DNA of 64,000 bases, taken from the NCBI GenBank assembly GCA_022508565.1, contig JAFLUY010000003.1, positions 69,599-133,598 of the forward strand, in the 5' to 3' direction. Position 1 is the stretch's first letter. Every line of letters starts with the position of its first letter. The position numbers and the translations under genes are program-made. Source of the stretch: Erysipelotrichales bacterium. Its GTDB lineage: Bacteria; Bacillota_I; Bacilli_A; RF39; UBA660. Below are positions 50,730 to 59,956 of this stretch, piece by piece. Under the pieces are notes generated by a model that searched no databases, was not told where the DNA came from, and saw only the letters and a list, made by a program, of their open reading frames with translations.

Positions 50730-51456
50730 GCCTTCATATTTAACTCAAAATGATTGGGAATTACTTAATAAGAAATATAAAAATATGCACAGGATAATAA
50801 GAAAACTAAAAAAGAATTATCCTGTGCAATATTTAATTGGAAATGTTAATTTTTATGGGTATGAAATAATAGTTAATAAAAATGTCCTAATACCACGTTT
50901 TGAAACCGAAACCTTAGTTGAAAAAACAATTGAATATATTAAAAAATATGAGTTAACAAACACTAATGTTTTAGATATTGGAACTGGTTCAGGCTGTATA
51001 CCAATCGCTTTAAAAAAAGAAATTCCCACCCTTAACATAACATCAATTGATAAATCTAAAAAAGCACTAAAGATTGCAAGAAAGAATATAAACAAAAATA
51101 AAGTAAATATTAATCTAATAAATGAGAATATTTTTAAGTATAAACCACTAAATAAATATGGAGTTTTAATTAGTAATCCTCCTTATTTAAGTGTAGATGA
51201 AAAAATTGATAAACAATGTAAATTCGAACCAAAATCTGCACTATTTGCTAAACATAACGGTTTAATATTTTATGAACATATAATCAAATCTAGTAAAAAA
51301 TACATGTGTGAAAAATCAATTTTAGCTTTTGAAATAGGATACCTTCAAGGAAAGTATTTAAAAAAATTAGCAAAAGAATATTATCCTAACGCTAAAATAA
51401 CAATAGAAAAGGATTTGGCAAATAAAGATAGATATTTATTTATAATTAATGAATAA
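50716..51456 (+). CDS. prmC: release factor glutamine methyltransferase PrmC/HemK
   Basis: [10 protein letters not shown] and NPPY, overlaps the prfA stop. Confidence 0.8.
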   Translation: MKTAKPSYLTQNDWELLNKKYKNMHRIIRKLKKNYPVQYLIGNVNFYGYEIIVNKNVLIPRFETETLVEKTIEYIKKYELTNTNVLDIGTGSGCIPIALKKEIPTLNITSIDKSKKALKIARKNINKNKVNINLINENIFKYKPLNKYGVLISNPPYLSVDEKIDKQCKFEPKSALFAKHNGLIFYEHIIKSSKKYMCEKSILAFEIGYLQGKYLKKLAKEYYPNAKITIEKDLANKDRYLFIINE

Positions 51457-51501
51457 TTTAATGTACTTTATCCCATTTAATAAATAGAGAGGATAAAGAA
51501 T

Positions 51502-52014
51502 ATGAAAAATGTACTAATAGCAATTGCTATTATAATTATAGTTGTACTTAACAATAAAGTAGAAAATATAATAATTCCAGAAAGCTCAATTAGATTTAGA
51601 ATTATTGCTAATTCTAATACGATTGAAGACCAAATAATAAAGAATAATTTAAGTAAAGAATTAACAAAATATATAACTGATTTAGTAATTAATGCATCTT
51701 CAAAAAAAGAAGCAAATGACATTATCAATAGTAATTATAAAAATATTGAAAAATATATTGATAACTATTTAGATATAAACAATATTAAAACAACATATAA
51801 CTTATCTATTGGAAAAAATTATTTTGATGCAAAAAGCTATAAAGGAGTAAAATATAATTCAGGTTATTATGATTCTATAGTTTTATCACTTGGAAATAAG
51901 AAAGGAATTAACTGGTGGTGTGTCATGTATCCACCACTATGTTTAATTGATCAAAGTGAAGATGTAGAATATACGACATTGGTAAAAGATATGCTAAATA
52001 AATACAAAATTTAG
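51502..52014 (+). CDS. spoIIR: stage II sporulation protein R
   Basis: Signal/TM N-terminus and hallmark NWWCVMYPPLC. Confidence 0.75.
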   Translation: MKNVLIAIAIIIIVVLNNKVENIIIPESSIRFRIIANSNTIEDQIIKNNLSKELTKYITDLVINASSKKEANDIINSNYKNIEKYIDNYLDINNIKTTYNLSIGKNYFDAKSYKGVKYNSGYYDSIVLSLGNKKGINWWCVMYPPLCLIDQSEDVEYTTLVKDMLNKYKI

Positions 52015-52102
52015 CATATTTTTTTGTGAAAAAATATTAATATAAATTGTGATAGTGAATATAGATATGGTATAATATATTAAGATCCAAGGAGGGAAAA
52101 AA

Positions 52103-53566
52103 TTGAATAAAATTACACTTGAAGAATTAAACAATGTTGTTCCTGTTTTGGCAGCAAACAATGTAGCACCTAATGAATTATTTGATTATTTCCGAGTAGT
52201 ATCAATAAATAATAAAAAATATGAAATTGAGGCAAAAAACCCATTATATTTTTTGTCTTATAATACTGATAAAGAAGTTCGAGATGGGTGGTTTATAAAC
52301 AAGTTCGATTTAAGACAATACGTTAACGAGATTATAAAAGATCATCCAAATGCTACAATAGTTGTTGAAGAGAATATGGTTGATCAAATTGAAGATCATA
52401 ATGCCAAATTTATTGTGGTTAAAAGTATACCTGAAACAATAGATAGATTATTTGAATACTTTAAAAATAAGTCTCACGCTAAAGTAGTTGTCGTAACAGG
52501 AAGCGTTGGTAAAACTACAGCAGTTGGTCTAATTGAATCAGTATTAAAAAATAAATATAACACTATGAGAATTTATTCTAAAAGAATAACTCCAATTATC
52601 TTAAAAGCAAATATAATTAACTTTTTAAATGATGAAGTTGATTATGTTATTTTAGAAAATTCTTTATATTATCATGATCATGTACAAGTATTAAGTGATT
52701 TGTTAAAACCGGATATTTCATGTATGTTAAATATAGAATCTTGTCATCTTGGAGTAGATAAATTACAAACTTTAGACGATATATGTATTTGTAAGGCACC
52801 AGTGCTAAAACATGCAAAAATGGGGATTATTAACGAAGAAGATGAACACTTAAAAAATATAAACTTAGAAGATGGAATAGTTGAATATAACGGAGACCCT
52901 CTATTTAAAACAAATTTAGAATGTTTAGATAGAGCAAAACCTAGTGAAATAGCAATAGAGGGTAATAATTTTGTCATCGATAATAAAATAACTATTACAC
53001 CATTTATTTTAAGTGATTTAGCAAAAACTCAATATTTATATGCTTATAAAATCGGAAAATATCTAGGGTTAACTAATGAGGAAATTGAAAAAGGCATGAA
53101 AGAATACACACCTGTAGAAAATAGATTAAATAAAAAAGTAGCTTTCGGTCGTGAAATAATTTTCGATGGAGATATAACTTATTATGAAAGAATGAAAGCT
53201 TTATCGGAAATAAAATATGAAAATGCTTACCTAGTTATAAGAAAAGCAGGATGTAGTGAAAGAAGCGAAAGAGTAGAAAATATAGTTGATTACTTTGATA
53301 AATTTAAAAAAGTATTTATTTTTGATGATATTGAATATTTAGATGAGTTAAAAAATCATCCAAATGTTGAAGTTGTTAGCAATCATGATTTTTTAAACAA
53401 TCTTGAAGGTGTAATAATTTATCACTACAGTGGATATTACCGAGTATGGCATACATTTGATGAAAATAATTTAAATATCTACGATAGAGATATCTATAAA
53501 ATCAACAAAATATCAACAGAAGAACCACCAACACCAATTGGTCATAGAAGAATACTAGAAAGTTAA
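52103..53566 (+). CDS. Mur ligase family protein (divergent, MurF-like), TTG start
   Basis: VVVTGSVGKTT P-loop in Mur-ligase context, 487 aa. Not in a mur cluster. AAGGAGGG RBS. Confidence 0.5.
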   Translation: MNKITLEELNNVVPVLAANNVAPNELFDYFRVVSINNKKYEIEAKNPLYFLSYNTDKEVRDGWFINKFDLRQYVNEIIKDHPNATIVVEENMVDQIEDHNAKFIVVKSIPETIDRLFEYFKNKSHAKVVVVTGSVGKTTAVGLIESVLKNKYNTMRIYSKRITPIILKANIINFLNDEVDYVILENSLYYHDHVQVLSDLLKPDISCMLNIESCHLGVDKLQTLDDICICKAPVLKHAKMGIINEEDEHLKNINLEDGIVEYNGDPLFKTNLECLDRAKPSEIAIEGNNFVIDNKITITPFILSDLAKTQYLYAYKIGKYLGLTNEEIEKGMKEYTPVENRLNKKVAFGREIIFDGDITYYERMKALSEIKYENAYLVIRKAGCSERSERVENIVDYFDKFKKVFIFDDIEYLDELKNHPNVEVVSNHDFLNNLEGVIIYHYSGYYRVWHTFDENNLNIYDRDIYKINKISTEEPPTPIGHRRILES

Positions 53567-53576
53567 GGATGAATAT

Positions 53577-54278
53577 ATGAAAAAAATACTATTGTTGCAC
53601 GGATGGAATTATAAAAATTATACAAAGTTAACAGAAGAAAAAGATGCTTGGCATAATCGAAAAAAGTTTGTCAGTGAACTTGAAAAGAATTATGAAGTTT
53701 ATAAATTAAATTTTCCTGGCTTTTGTAGTGAAAAAGAGCCAAAAAAATCATGGAATTTATCTGACTTTGCTAAATATGTTCACGACTATCTTGAAACTAA
53801 TAACTTAAAAGTAGATTATGTTTTAGGTTATTCATTTGGCGGAGCTGTGGCAGTTACTTATAATCGTTTATACGATTCTAAACAAAAACTAATATTAATA
53901 TCTCCTGCCATTGTAAGAAATTATGATAAGTCAAAGAAGTTTATTAAAACCCCAGCATTCTTAACTCCAATTAGAAACTTAATTAGAAATTCATATTTAA
54001 TTAATATCGTAAAAACTAATGAAATGGTTTATGGAACAAAATTTTTAAGAGATACATATCAAAGTATAGTAAGAATTGAATTAATAGATGAAATAGAAAA
54101 AATTGATCCAAATAGATTAAAAATCATATATGGAACAGAAGACAAAATGGTTAATCCAAGACTCGTTGAATCTAAAGTATTAGATAAATATAAAAAATGT
54201 ATTTATTTCATAGAAGGCGGAGGCCATGATATAGCTAATACTCATACAAAAGAATTAATAGATATAATAGGTAAATAA
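53577..54278 (+). CDS. alpha/beta hydrolase fold protein
   Basis: GYSFGG nucleophile elbow, C-terminal GGGHD. Confidence 0.55.
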   Translation: MKKILLLHGWNYKNYTKLTEEKDAWHNRKKFVSELEKNYEVYKLNFPGFCSEKEPKKSWNLSDFAKYVHDYLETNNLKVDYVLGYSFGGAVAVTYNRLYDSKQKLILISPAIVRNYDKSKKFIKTPAFLTPIRNLIRNSYLINIVKTNEMVYGTKFLRDTYQSIVRIELIDEIEKIDPNRLKIIYGTEDKMVNPRLVESKVLDKYKKCIYFIEGGGHDIANTHTKELIDIIGK

Positions 54279-54375
54279 GTATATTTACCTGTTTTCATTT
54301 AATTTACACACAATATTGAATAAAAAAGGCATTAATAATATAATTATAATAGTTATAAATCGAATGGATGATAAT

Positions 54376-55629
54376 ATGAAAAAAATAATAATTGAAGGTA
54401 GAAAAAAAATAAGCGGAACAATTAAAATTAGTGGTGCCAAAAATTCAATAGTAGCACTAATACCTGCTACTGTTTTAACTAATGGTAAATGCGTAATAAA
54501 AAATGTTCCGGATATAACAGATGTAAAAACACTTTTAGAAATAATGAAGGACTTAGGTTCTGTTATTACTTTTGAAAATGACACTTTAACAATAGATAAT
54601 AAAAATTTACAGAATAAACTTATAGATGAAAAACACGCATCTAAATTAAGAGCCTCTTATTATTTTATGGGTTCTTTAATTGGAAAGTATCATAAAGTTT
54701 CAATTGCTTACCCTGGAGGATGCGTTATTGGATCAAGACCTATTGATATTCATATAGATGCTTTTAAGAAAATGGGTATTGATATAATTGAAAATGGTTC
54801 CATTTTTGATATGAGTGTTGATGAGTTAAATGGAATTCAAATATATTTAAATTTCCCATCTGTAGGTGCAACAATTAATATAATGTTGGCATCTGTTCTT
54901 GCTAAAGGGACAACAGTAATCGAAAATGCTGCAAAAGAGCCAGAAATTTCTAATATCGCATCTTTCTTAAATTCAATGGGTGCTCGTGTATTTGGTGCGG
55001 GAACATCAAGAATTGTTATTGAAGGAGTAGAGTCTTTAGGAGATGGCTTTGTTGAAACTATACCAGATAGAATTGAAACAGGAACTTATGTAATAATCGG
55101 AGCACTACTTGGTAATAACTTAAGAGTTGAAAATGTTATTCCTACTCATATTGAAGCTTTACTATATAAACTAAAAGAAGCGGGAGTTAAATACTCATTA
55201 GATGGCAATTCAATCGTTGTATCAGCTACTGAAAACTTAAAACCAATTAATGTAAAAACATCAGTTTATCCTGGTTTTCCAACAGACTTAGGCCAACCAA
55301 TCTCAACATTTTTAACTCAATGTAATGGAGAGTGTTTATTTGAAGAAACTATCTATGAAAATAGACTACGTCATGTTCCTCATTTAAACGCAATGGGAGC
55401 AAATGTCAAAGCTTTCGATAATCGTGCAATAATAACAGGTAAAACTCCATTACACGGAAGAAAAGTAAAGGCTACTGACCTTAGAGCAGGTGCAAGTATG
55501 TTAGTTGCTGGTCTTATTGCTGATGGAGTAACTGAAATACAAAATATTGAGCATCTACTACGTGGCTATGAAAGAATTGTTGATAAATTATCTCAAGTAG
55601 GCGTAAATATCAAGTTGATAGATGAATAG
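54376..55629 (+). CDS. murA: UDP-N-acetylglucosamine 1-carboxyvinyltransferase
   Basis: MKKIIIEGRKKISGTIKISGAKNS... matches the MurA N-terminus. The ORF-track start at 54316 adds a non-homologous 20-aa extension. Confidence 0.85.
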   Translation: MKKIIIEGRKKISGTIKISGAKNSIVALIPATVLTNGKCVIKNVPDITDVKTLLEIMKDLGSVITFENDTLTIDNKNLQNKLIDEKHASKLRASYYFMGSLIGKYHKVSIAYPGGCVIGSRPIDIHIDAFKKMGIDIIENGSIFDMSVDELNGIQIYLNFPSVGATINIMLASVLAKGTTVIENAAKEPEISNIASFLNSMGARVFGAGTSRIVIEGVESLGDGFVETIPDRIETGTYVIIGALLGNNLRVENVIPTHIEALLYKLKEAGVKYSLDGNSIVVSATENLKPINVKTSVYPGFPTDLGQPISTFLTQCNGECLFEETIYENRLRHVPHLNAMGANVKAFDNRAIITGKTPLHGRKVKATDLRAGASMLVAGLIADGVTEIQNIEHLLRGYERIVDKLSQVGVNIKLIDE

Positions 55630-55651
55630 ACACTTTCTATTGATTTTTTAG

Positions 55652-55680
55652 AATTTTATGCTATACTAAACAAGTAATGA
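55652..55680 (+). promoter_or_regulatory. promoter TTGATT-17-TATACT for rpmE
   Basis: Followed by GGAAGGAGG RBS. Confidence 0.45.
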
Positions 55681-55723
55681 ATTTCTATAACTCACATTGG
55701 GTTATGGCGGAAGGAGGATTTAG

Positions 55724-55924
55724 ATGAAAAAGAATACACATCCAAATCAAGTTGAATGCACTTTTAAATGTGCTTGTGGAGCAACATTCAAAGCTAAAAG
55801 TAATAAAGAAGAACAATTATTAGAAGTATGTTCTGAATGTCATCCATTTTATAAAGGATCTCAAGGTAACCGTAAAAAGACTGGTAACGTTGAAAAATTC
55901 AACAAAAAATATAATCTTGATTAA
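55724..55924 (+). CDS. rpmE: 50S ribosomal protein L31 (Zn-ribbon type)
   Basis: MKKNTHPNQVECTFKCACG...CSECHPFY. Confidence 0.9.
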   Translation: MKKNTHPNQVECTFKCACGATFKAKSNKEEQLLEVCSECHPFYKGSQGNRKKTGNVEKFNKKYNLD

Positions 55925-55925
55925 T

Positions 55926-55955
55926 ATTAAACTAGCTAATGCTAGTTTTTTTTAA
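55926..55955 (+). terminator. intrinsic terminator after rpmE
   Basis: AAACTAGC-TAAT-GCTAGTTT then T8. Confidence 0.65.
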
Positions 55956-55990
55956 TAGTATTATTTGCTATAATAATAATAGGTGATAAC

Positions 55991-56989
55991 ATGGGTAAAG
56001 CAAAATATTTACTTAAAAGAATTAGAAGCATGAGTTTTGCGAATATGTTTAATACTATAGATTTAGTTCATGATAAAACGAACAAAAATAAAGTATTTAT
56101 ATTTTTTGATATTATTTCCTGTGGCATAAAATATCAAGCCGGATATGTTGATTATAATTTATATGAAATGTATAAAATGAATAAAAAAGAAAGAAAAACC
56201 GTTATAACTAGAGGAATTAATAATGATATTATAAAAAAATACAATGATATGTCATATGCTTACAAATTTGAAGATAAAGCATTATTTAATAAACTTTTTG
56301 ATAAATACATGAATCGCGAATGGATTTATCTTAAAGAAGCCAGTATTGATGATTTTAAAAACTATTTAAAAGGTAAAAAGGAAATAATTATAAAACCGTT
56401 ATCATTATCATGCGGTAAGGGTGTTGAAAAATTAACTGTTAAAGATTATAAACCAGAAGAACTTTATAATCATTTGCTAGAAACTGATCAAACATTAGTA
56501 GAAGATGTAGCTATTCAAAATAAAGTACTAAGTAATATTTACCCATATTCAGTTAATACTTTAAGAATTGTAACATTAAATAAAGTGGTAGTAGCAGCAC
56601 TTTTAAGAATAGGTAATGACAATAATGTAGTTGATAATTTTAATCATGGAGGTATGGTAACAACTATAGATATTGAAACAGGAGAAATACTATTCCCAGC
56701 AATTGATAAAGTTGGTAATGTTTATGAAAAACATCCACAAACTAATGAGAGTATTGTTGGAGTAAAAATACCAATGTGGGAAGATGTAAAGAATTTATGT
56801 ATTGAAGCTTGTGATATAGTGCCTGAATTAGGCTATGTTGGATGGGACGTTTGTTTAGGTGAAGAAAAACCATTCTTAATTGAAGGAAATGATTTCCCTG
56901 GACATGATTTATATCAATTACCAGTACATAGAAGTGATAATTACGGATTATTACCGGTATTTGAGAAAGCAATGAAAGAAGGTAAATAA
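55991..56989 (+). CDS. ATP-grasp-like protein (TupA-type, sugar-transfer associated) - tentative
   Basis: C-terminal GWDVCLGEEKPFLIEGNDFPG resembles ATP-grasp TupA-like motifs. Low certainty. Confidence 0.4.
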   Translation: MGKAKYLLKRIRSMSFANMFNTIDLVHDKTNKNKVFIFFDIISCGIKYQAGYVDYNLYEMYKMNKKERKTVITRGINNDIIKKYNDMSYAYKFEDKALFNKLFDKYMNREWIYLKEASIDDFKNYLKGKKEIIIKPLSLSCGKGVEKLTVKDYKPEELYNHLLETDQTLVEDVAIQNKVLSNIYPYSVNTLRIVTLNKVVVAALLRIGNDNNVVDNFNHGGMVTTIDIETGEILFPAIDKVGNVYEKHPQTNESIVGVKIPMWEDVKNLCIEACDIVPELGYVGWDVCLGEEKPFLIEGNDFPGHDLYQLPVHRSDNYGLLPVFEKAMKEGK

Positions 56990-57436
56990 ATGAAATTAGG
57001 AATTGCAACAGATCATAATGGTGTTGAACAAAAAAAAGAGATAATAAATTATCTAGAAAATCTTGGATATGAAGTAGTTGATTACAGCCCAAATAACACA
57101 CCAGGAGATGATTATCCAATTTATGCAAAAATAGTTTGTGAAAATGTTTTAAATAAAAACGTAGATTTGGGAATATTAATGTGCGGAACAGGAATAGGTA
57201 TGTCTATTGCTGCAAACAAAATTAAAGGTATTAGATGCGCAAAAGTTAGTTCAACTAGTGAGGCCTCATTAACTAAAGAACATAATAACTCTAATGTTAT
57301 AGCGCTAAATTATACTACACCAATAGAAGAACTAAAGAATATTATAAAAGTTTTTATTGAAACACCCTTCTCCTTTGATGAAAGACACATTAGAAGAATT
57401 TCCTTAATTACTGAACTAGAGGGAAACGATGATTAA
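56990..57436 (+). CDS. rpiB: ribose-5-phosphate isomerase B (RpiB/LacAB family)
   Basis: MKLGIATDHNG...GILMCGTGIGMSIAANK. Confidence 0.8.
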   Translation: MKLGIATDHNGVEQKKEIINYLENLGYEVVDYSPNNTPGDDYPIYAKIVCENVLNKNVDLGILMCGTGIGMSIAANKIKGIRCAKVSSTSEASLTKEHNNSNVIALNYTTPIEELKNIIKVFIETPFSFDERHIRRISLITELEGNDD

Positions 57437-57620
57437 GTTACTTGTATACGTTGTATCACTAATAACATCAATATTTGCAGTAAGTGGATTAAATATCAAT
57501 TCAATATTTAAAAAGAATCACACTTTAGAAGCAAGATTATTTATTTTGATATTAACTTTTTCAATGACATATTTACTAGCTAATTTTATACTAGATCTTA
57601 CAAATATTAGTTTAATTTAG
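57429..57620 (+). CDS. small hydrophobic protein (hypothetical)
   Basis: 63-aa 2-TM ORF overlapping the rpiB end. Weak evidence. Confidence 0.3.
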   Translation: MIKLLVYVVSLITSIFAVSGLNINSIFKKNHTLEARLFILILTFSMTYLLANFILDLTNISLI

Positions 57621-57679
57621 TTTATACGACAAATTATTTAATTAAAAAATATTACCTTATTGATAGGTGATATTTTTTT

Positions 57680-58540
57680 ATGAAAAATTATATATCTAAT
57701 CTTGGCTTCTCCTTAATAATAATTGTATTATTAGCACTATATTTTACTTATATAAATAATTCCACCAAGGAGGAGTCTAATTATGAAGAAGAAATTACTA
57801 TAAAGACAGACGAGAAACTAGAAGACTATATAATTAAAGTAGTTGCTTGTGAAATGCCAGCATTATATGAAGAGGAAGCATTAAAAGCACAAGCCATCGC
57901 CTCAAGAACTTACGCATTATATCAAAGAGATATTAACAATGTTACTCTTACTAAACAAGATCAATGTTTTAATTCAGAAGAAGAAATGAAAGAAAAATGG
58001 TCTAGTAATTTTAATTTATACTACAAAAAAATAAAAAATGCAGTTGAATCAACAGCATCTTTAGTAATGAAAATAGATAATAAACTGTTTAAAAGTTTTT
58101 ACTTTTCAACTTCTAATGGTTACACAGAGGATTCTATGACAGTATTTAAAGAAGGTAATATTAAATCAGTTAGTTCTGAATGGGATAAAGAAAATAAAAA
58201 CTTTGAAGTAAAAACATATTTTGAAAAACAGGACTTAATTAAAATTATAGGTGAATTTAATAATATATCTATTACAAAAAGAAGCAAAACAAATCATGTT
58301 GAAGAAGTTTCAATTGATGATAAAACAATCACAGGAATTGAGTTTCGAAAACTTCTAAACTTAAGAAGCACTGACTTTGAAATAAATAATGTCAATGATA
58401 CATATGAAATAACTACTTTTGGTTATGGACATGGAGTAGGAATGAGTCAGTTTGGTGCAAATATGCTAGCAAAAGATAACAAAACATCAGAAGAAATACT
58501 TAAATACTACTATGGAGATATTGAAATATCAAAATATTAG
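57680..58540 (+). CDS. spoIID: stage II sporulation protein D (SpoIID/LytB domain)
   Basis: N-terminal TM, EALKAQAIASRTYALYQ motif, murA-spoIID neighbourhood as in Bacillus. Confidence 0.8.
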   Translation: MKNYISNLGFSLIIIVLLALYFTYINNSTKEESNYEEEITIKTDEKLEDYIIKVVACEMPALYEEEALKAQAIASRTYALYQRDINNVTLTKQDQCFNSEEEMKEKWSSNFNLYYKKIKNAVESTASLVMKIDNKLFKSFYFSTSNGYTEDSMTVFKEGNIKSVSSEWDKENKNFEVKTYFEKQDLIKIIGEFNNISITKRSKTNHVEEVSIDDKTITGIEFRKLLNLRSTDFEINNVNDTYEITTFGYGHGVGMSQFGANMLAKDNKTSEEILKYYYGDIEISKY

Positions 58541-58590
58541 TATAATTTAACATTTTTTGTAAACACTTTAATTAGGAAGGTGATTAAATA

Positions 58591-59220
58591 ATGTCTAAAA
58601 AAATGAAGGAAATATTAAGTGTAAGTTTCTTAATCGTATTTGTTGCAGTAATAGTTGGAGTTGTTTCATTAGTATCTAAAAATATTTTTTATGCAATGGC
58701 GCCAGATGGAAATTCATATGTCTTAAGAGATATAGTGTCTTATGATTTGCCAGTTATTAGTGAAGTTGATGAAAAAATAGGAAAACCATTTAATGATGAA
58801 ACAGTAAATGTTCAAGTAAACTTTTATAATCTTGCAGATGATTCAGAAAGACAAGAAAAATCTTTAATACTATATGATAATACTTATATGCCTAGCACAG
58901 GAATACTATATTCTAGTGAAAACTCATTTGATGTATTATCTGTAGCATCAGGAACAGTTGAAAATATTGAAAATAATGAAGTGTTTGGCACAATTATTAC
59001 TATAAAACACAACAATAATTTCACAACAAAATACTCAAGCATTAAGGATGCCCAAGTAGAAATCGGTGATACAGTTAATGCTGGTGAAATAATAGGTACT
59101 AGCAGTGTTAATAAAGTAACAAGTGTTTCTGAAAACATGCTTTTATTTGAAATGATATATGATGGAAAATATGTAAATCCAGAAGATTACTATGACAAAG
59201 TAATAGAAGAAATGAATTAA
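58591..59220 (+). CDS. membrane-anchored LytM/M23-like domain protein (possibly degenerate, SpoIIQ-like)
   Basis: N-terminal TM plus C-terminal beta-rich domain with IITIKHNNN...GEIIGTS pattern. Confidence 0.45.
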   Translation: MSKKMKEILSVSFLIVFVAVIVGVVSLVSKNIFYAMAPDGNSYVLRDIVSYDLPVISEVDEKIGKPFNDETVNVQVNFYNLADDSERQEKSLILYDNTYMPSTGILYSSENSFDVLSVASGTVENIENNEVFGTIITIKHNNNFTTKYSSIKDAQVEIGDTVNAGEIIGTSSVNKVTSVSENMLLFEMIYDGKYVNPEDYYDKVIEEMN

Positions 59221-59750
59221 TGAATAAACATGATACATATGTTAAATTAACTGATAAATATATATATGTATATTCAAATAAAACATTAAAGAAATATGAT
59301 TCAAAATATATAAAAAATGGAAAAGTTGATAATACTCATAAATTAATAATATATTTAAACAACTTATTAAACAAAGGAATATTTAAAAGAAGGTATATTT
59401 TTATATTAGATACTTTACTATGTAATTCAGATTTATTTGTTTATAAATATGTATTTGAAAACATGGGTTTATTAAATTATAAAATAATTAATGATATTGA
59501 TATATTAAAAAATCATCTAAATGATGATAATATAATAATTATGAATTGGAGTTCGTCTATTAATTATTGCTATATAAATAATAATGAAATAGTGATTAAT
59601 AAATTTAATGAGAAAATTATAAATAGAATAGGTAAAAAGTATATAGTAATGTGTGGAGATACTAAGACACATTTAAAAACAAACATTCCAGTGTTTAACT
59701 ACGAAGATGAGTATAATGTTATATTCAATTTTTTAAAAGAAAGTAACTAA
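59220..59750 (+). CDS. hypothetical protein (176 aa)
   Basis: ORF overlapping the stop of the upstream gene. Confidence 0.45.
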   Translation: MNKHDTYVKLTDKYIYVYSNKTLKKYDSKYIKNGKVDNTHKLIIYLNNLLNKGIFKRRYIFILDTLLCNSDLFVYKYVFENMGLLNYKIINDIDILKNHLNDDNIIIMNWSSSINYCYINNNEIVINKFNEKIINRIGKKYIVMCGDTKTHLKTNIPVFNYEDEYNVIFNFLKESN

Positions 59751-59781
59751 TACTTTCTTTTTCTATGCTATAATTTAAGTA

Positions 59782-59878
59782 TAAAAAAACGAAGCAGTCC
59801 CCCTGAGAACTGCTTCAAAGAATAAAAAGGGGTTGGCTAGTGTGATACTAGCACCAATTCGCCTGTAAGTGAATTGGT
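59782..59878 (-). ncRNA. candidate small RNA antisense to the recG 5' leader (own promoter and terminator)
   Basis: - strand TTGACA (59908-59913) -17- TACTAT (59885-59890). - strand terminator GAAGCAGT-loop-ACTGCTTC (59790-59815) plus U7. No - strand gene within 11 kb upstream to explain the terminator. Confidence 0.35.
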
Positions 59879-59956
59879 AGTTAATATAGTAATCGATAAG
59901 GCTGTTTTTGTCAACACTTTTTTTACTTTTTTTTAAAACTTTTATGGAGGCATATT

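Noticed and set aside
50853-52977. ORFs 50853-51095 (-), 51477-51728 (-), 52744-52977 (-)
   Set aside because: Antisense to prmC, spoIIR and the Mur-ligase gene respectively. Low-complexity translations.
54285-54584. 99-aa - strand ORF overlapping the murA start
   Set aside because: Antisense to murA and its upstream region. Hydrophobic low-complexity product.
56742-57128. 128-aa - strand ORF
   Set aside because: Antisense across the ATP-grasp/rpiB junction. His/Leu-rich product typical of AT-rich antisense frames.
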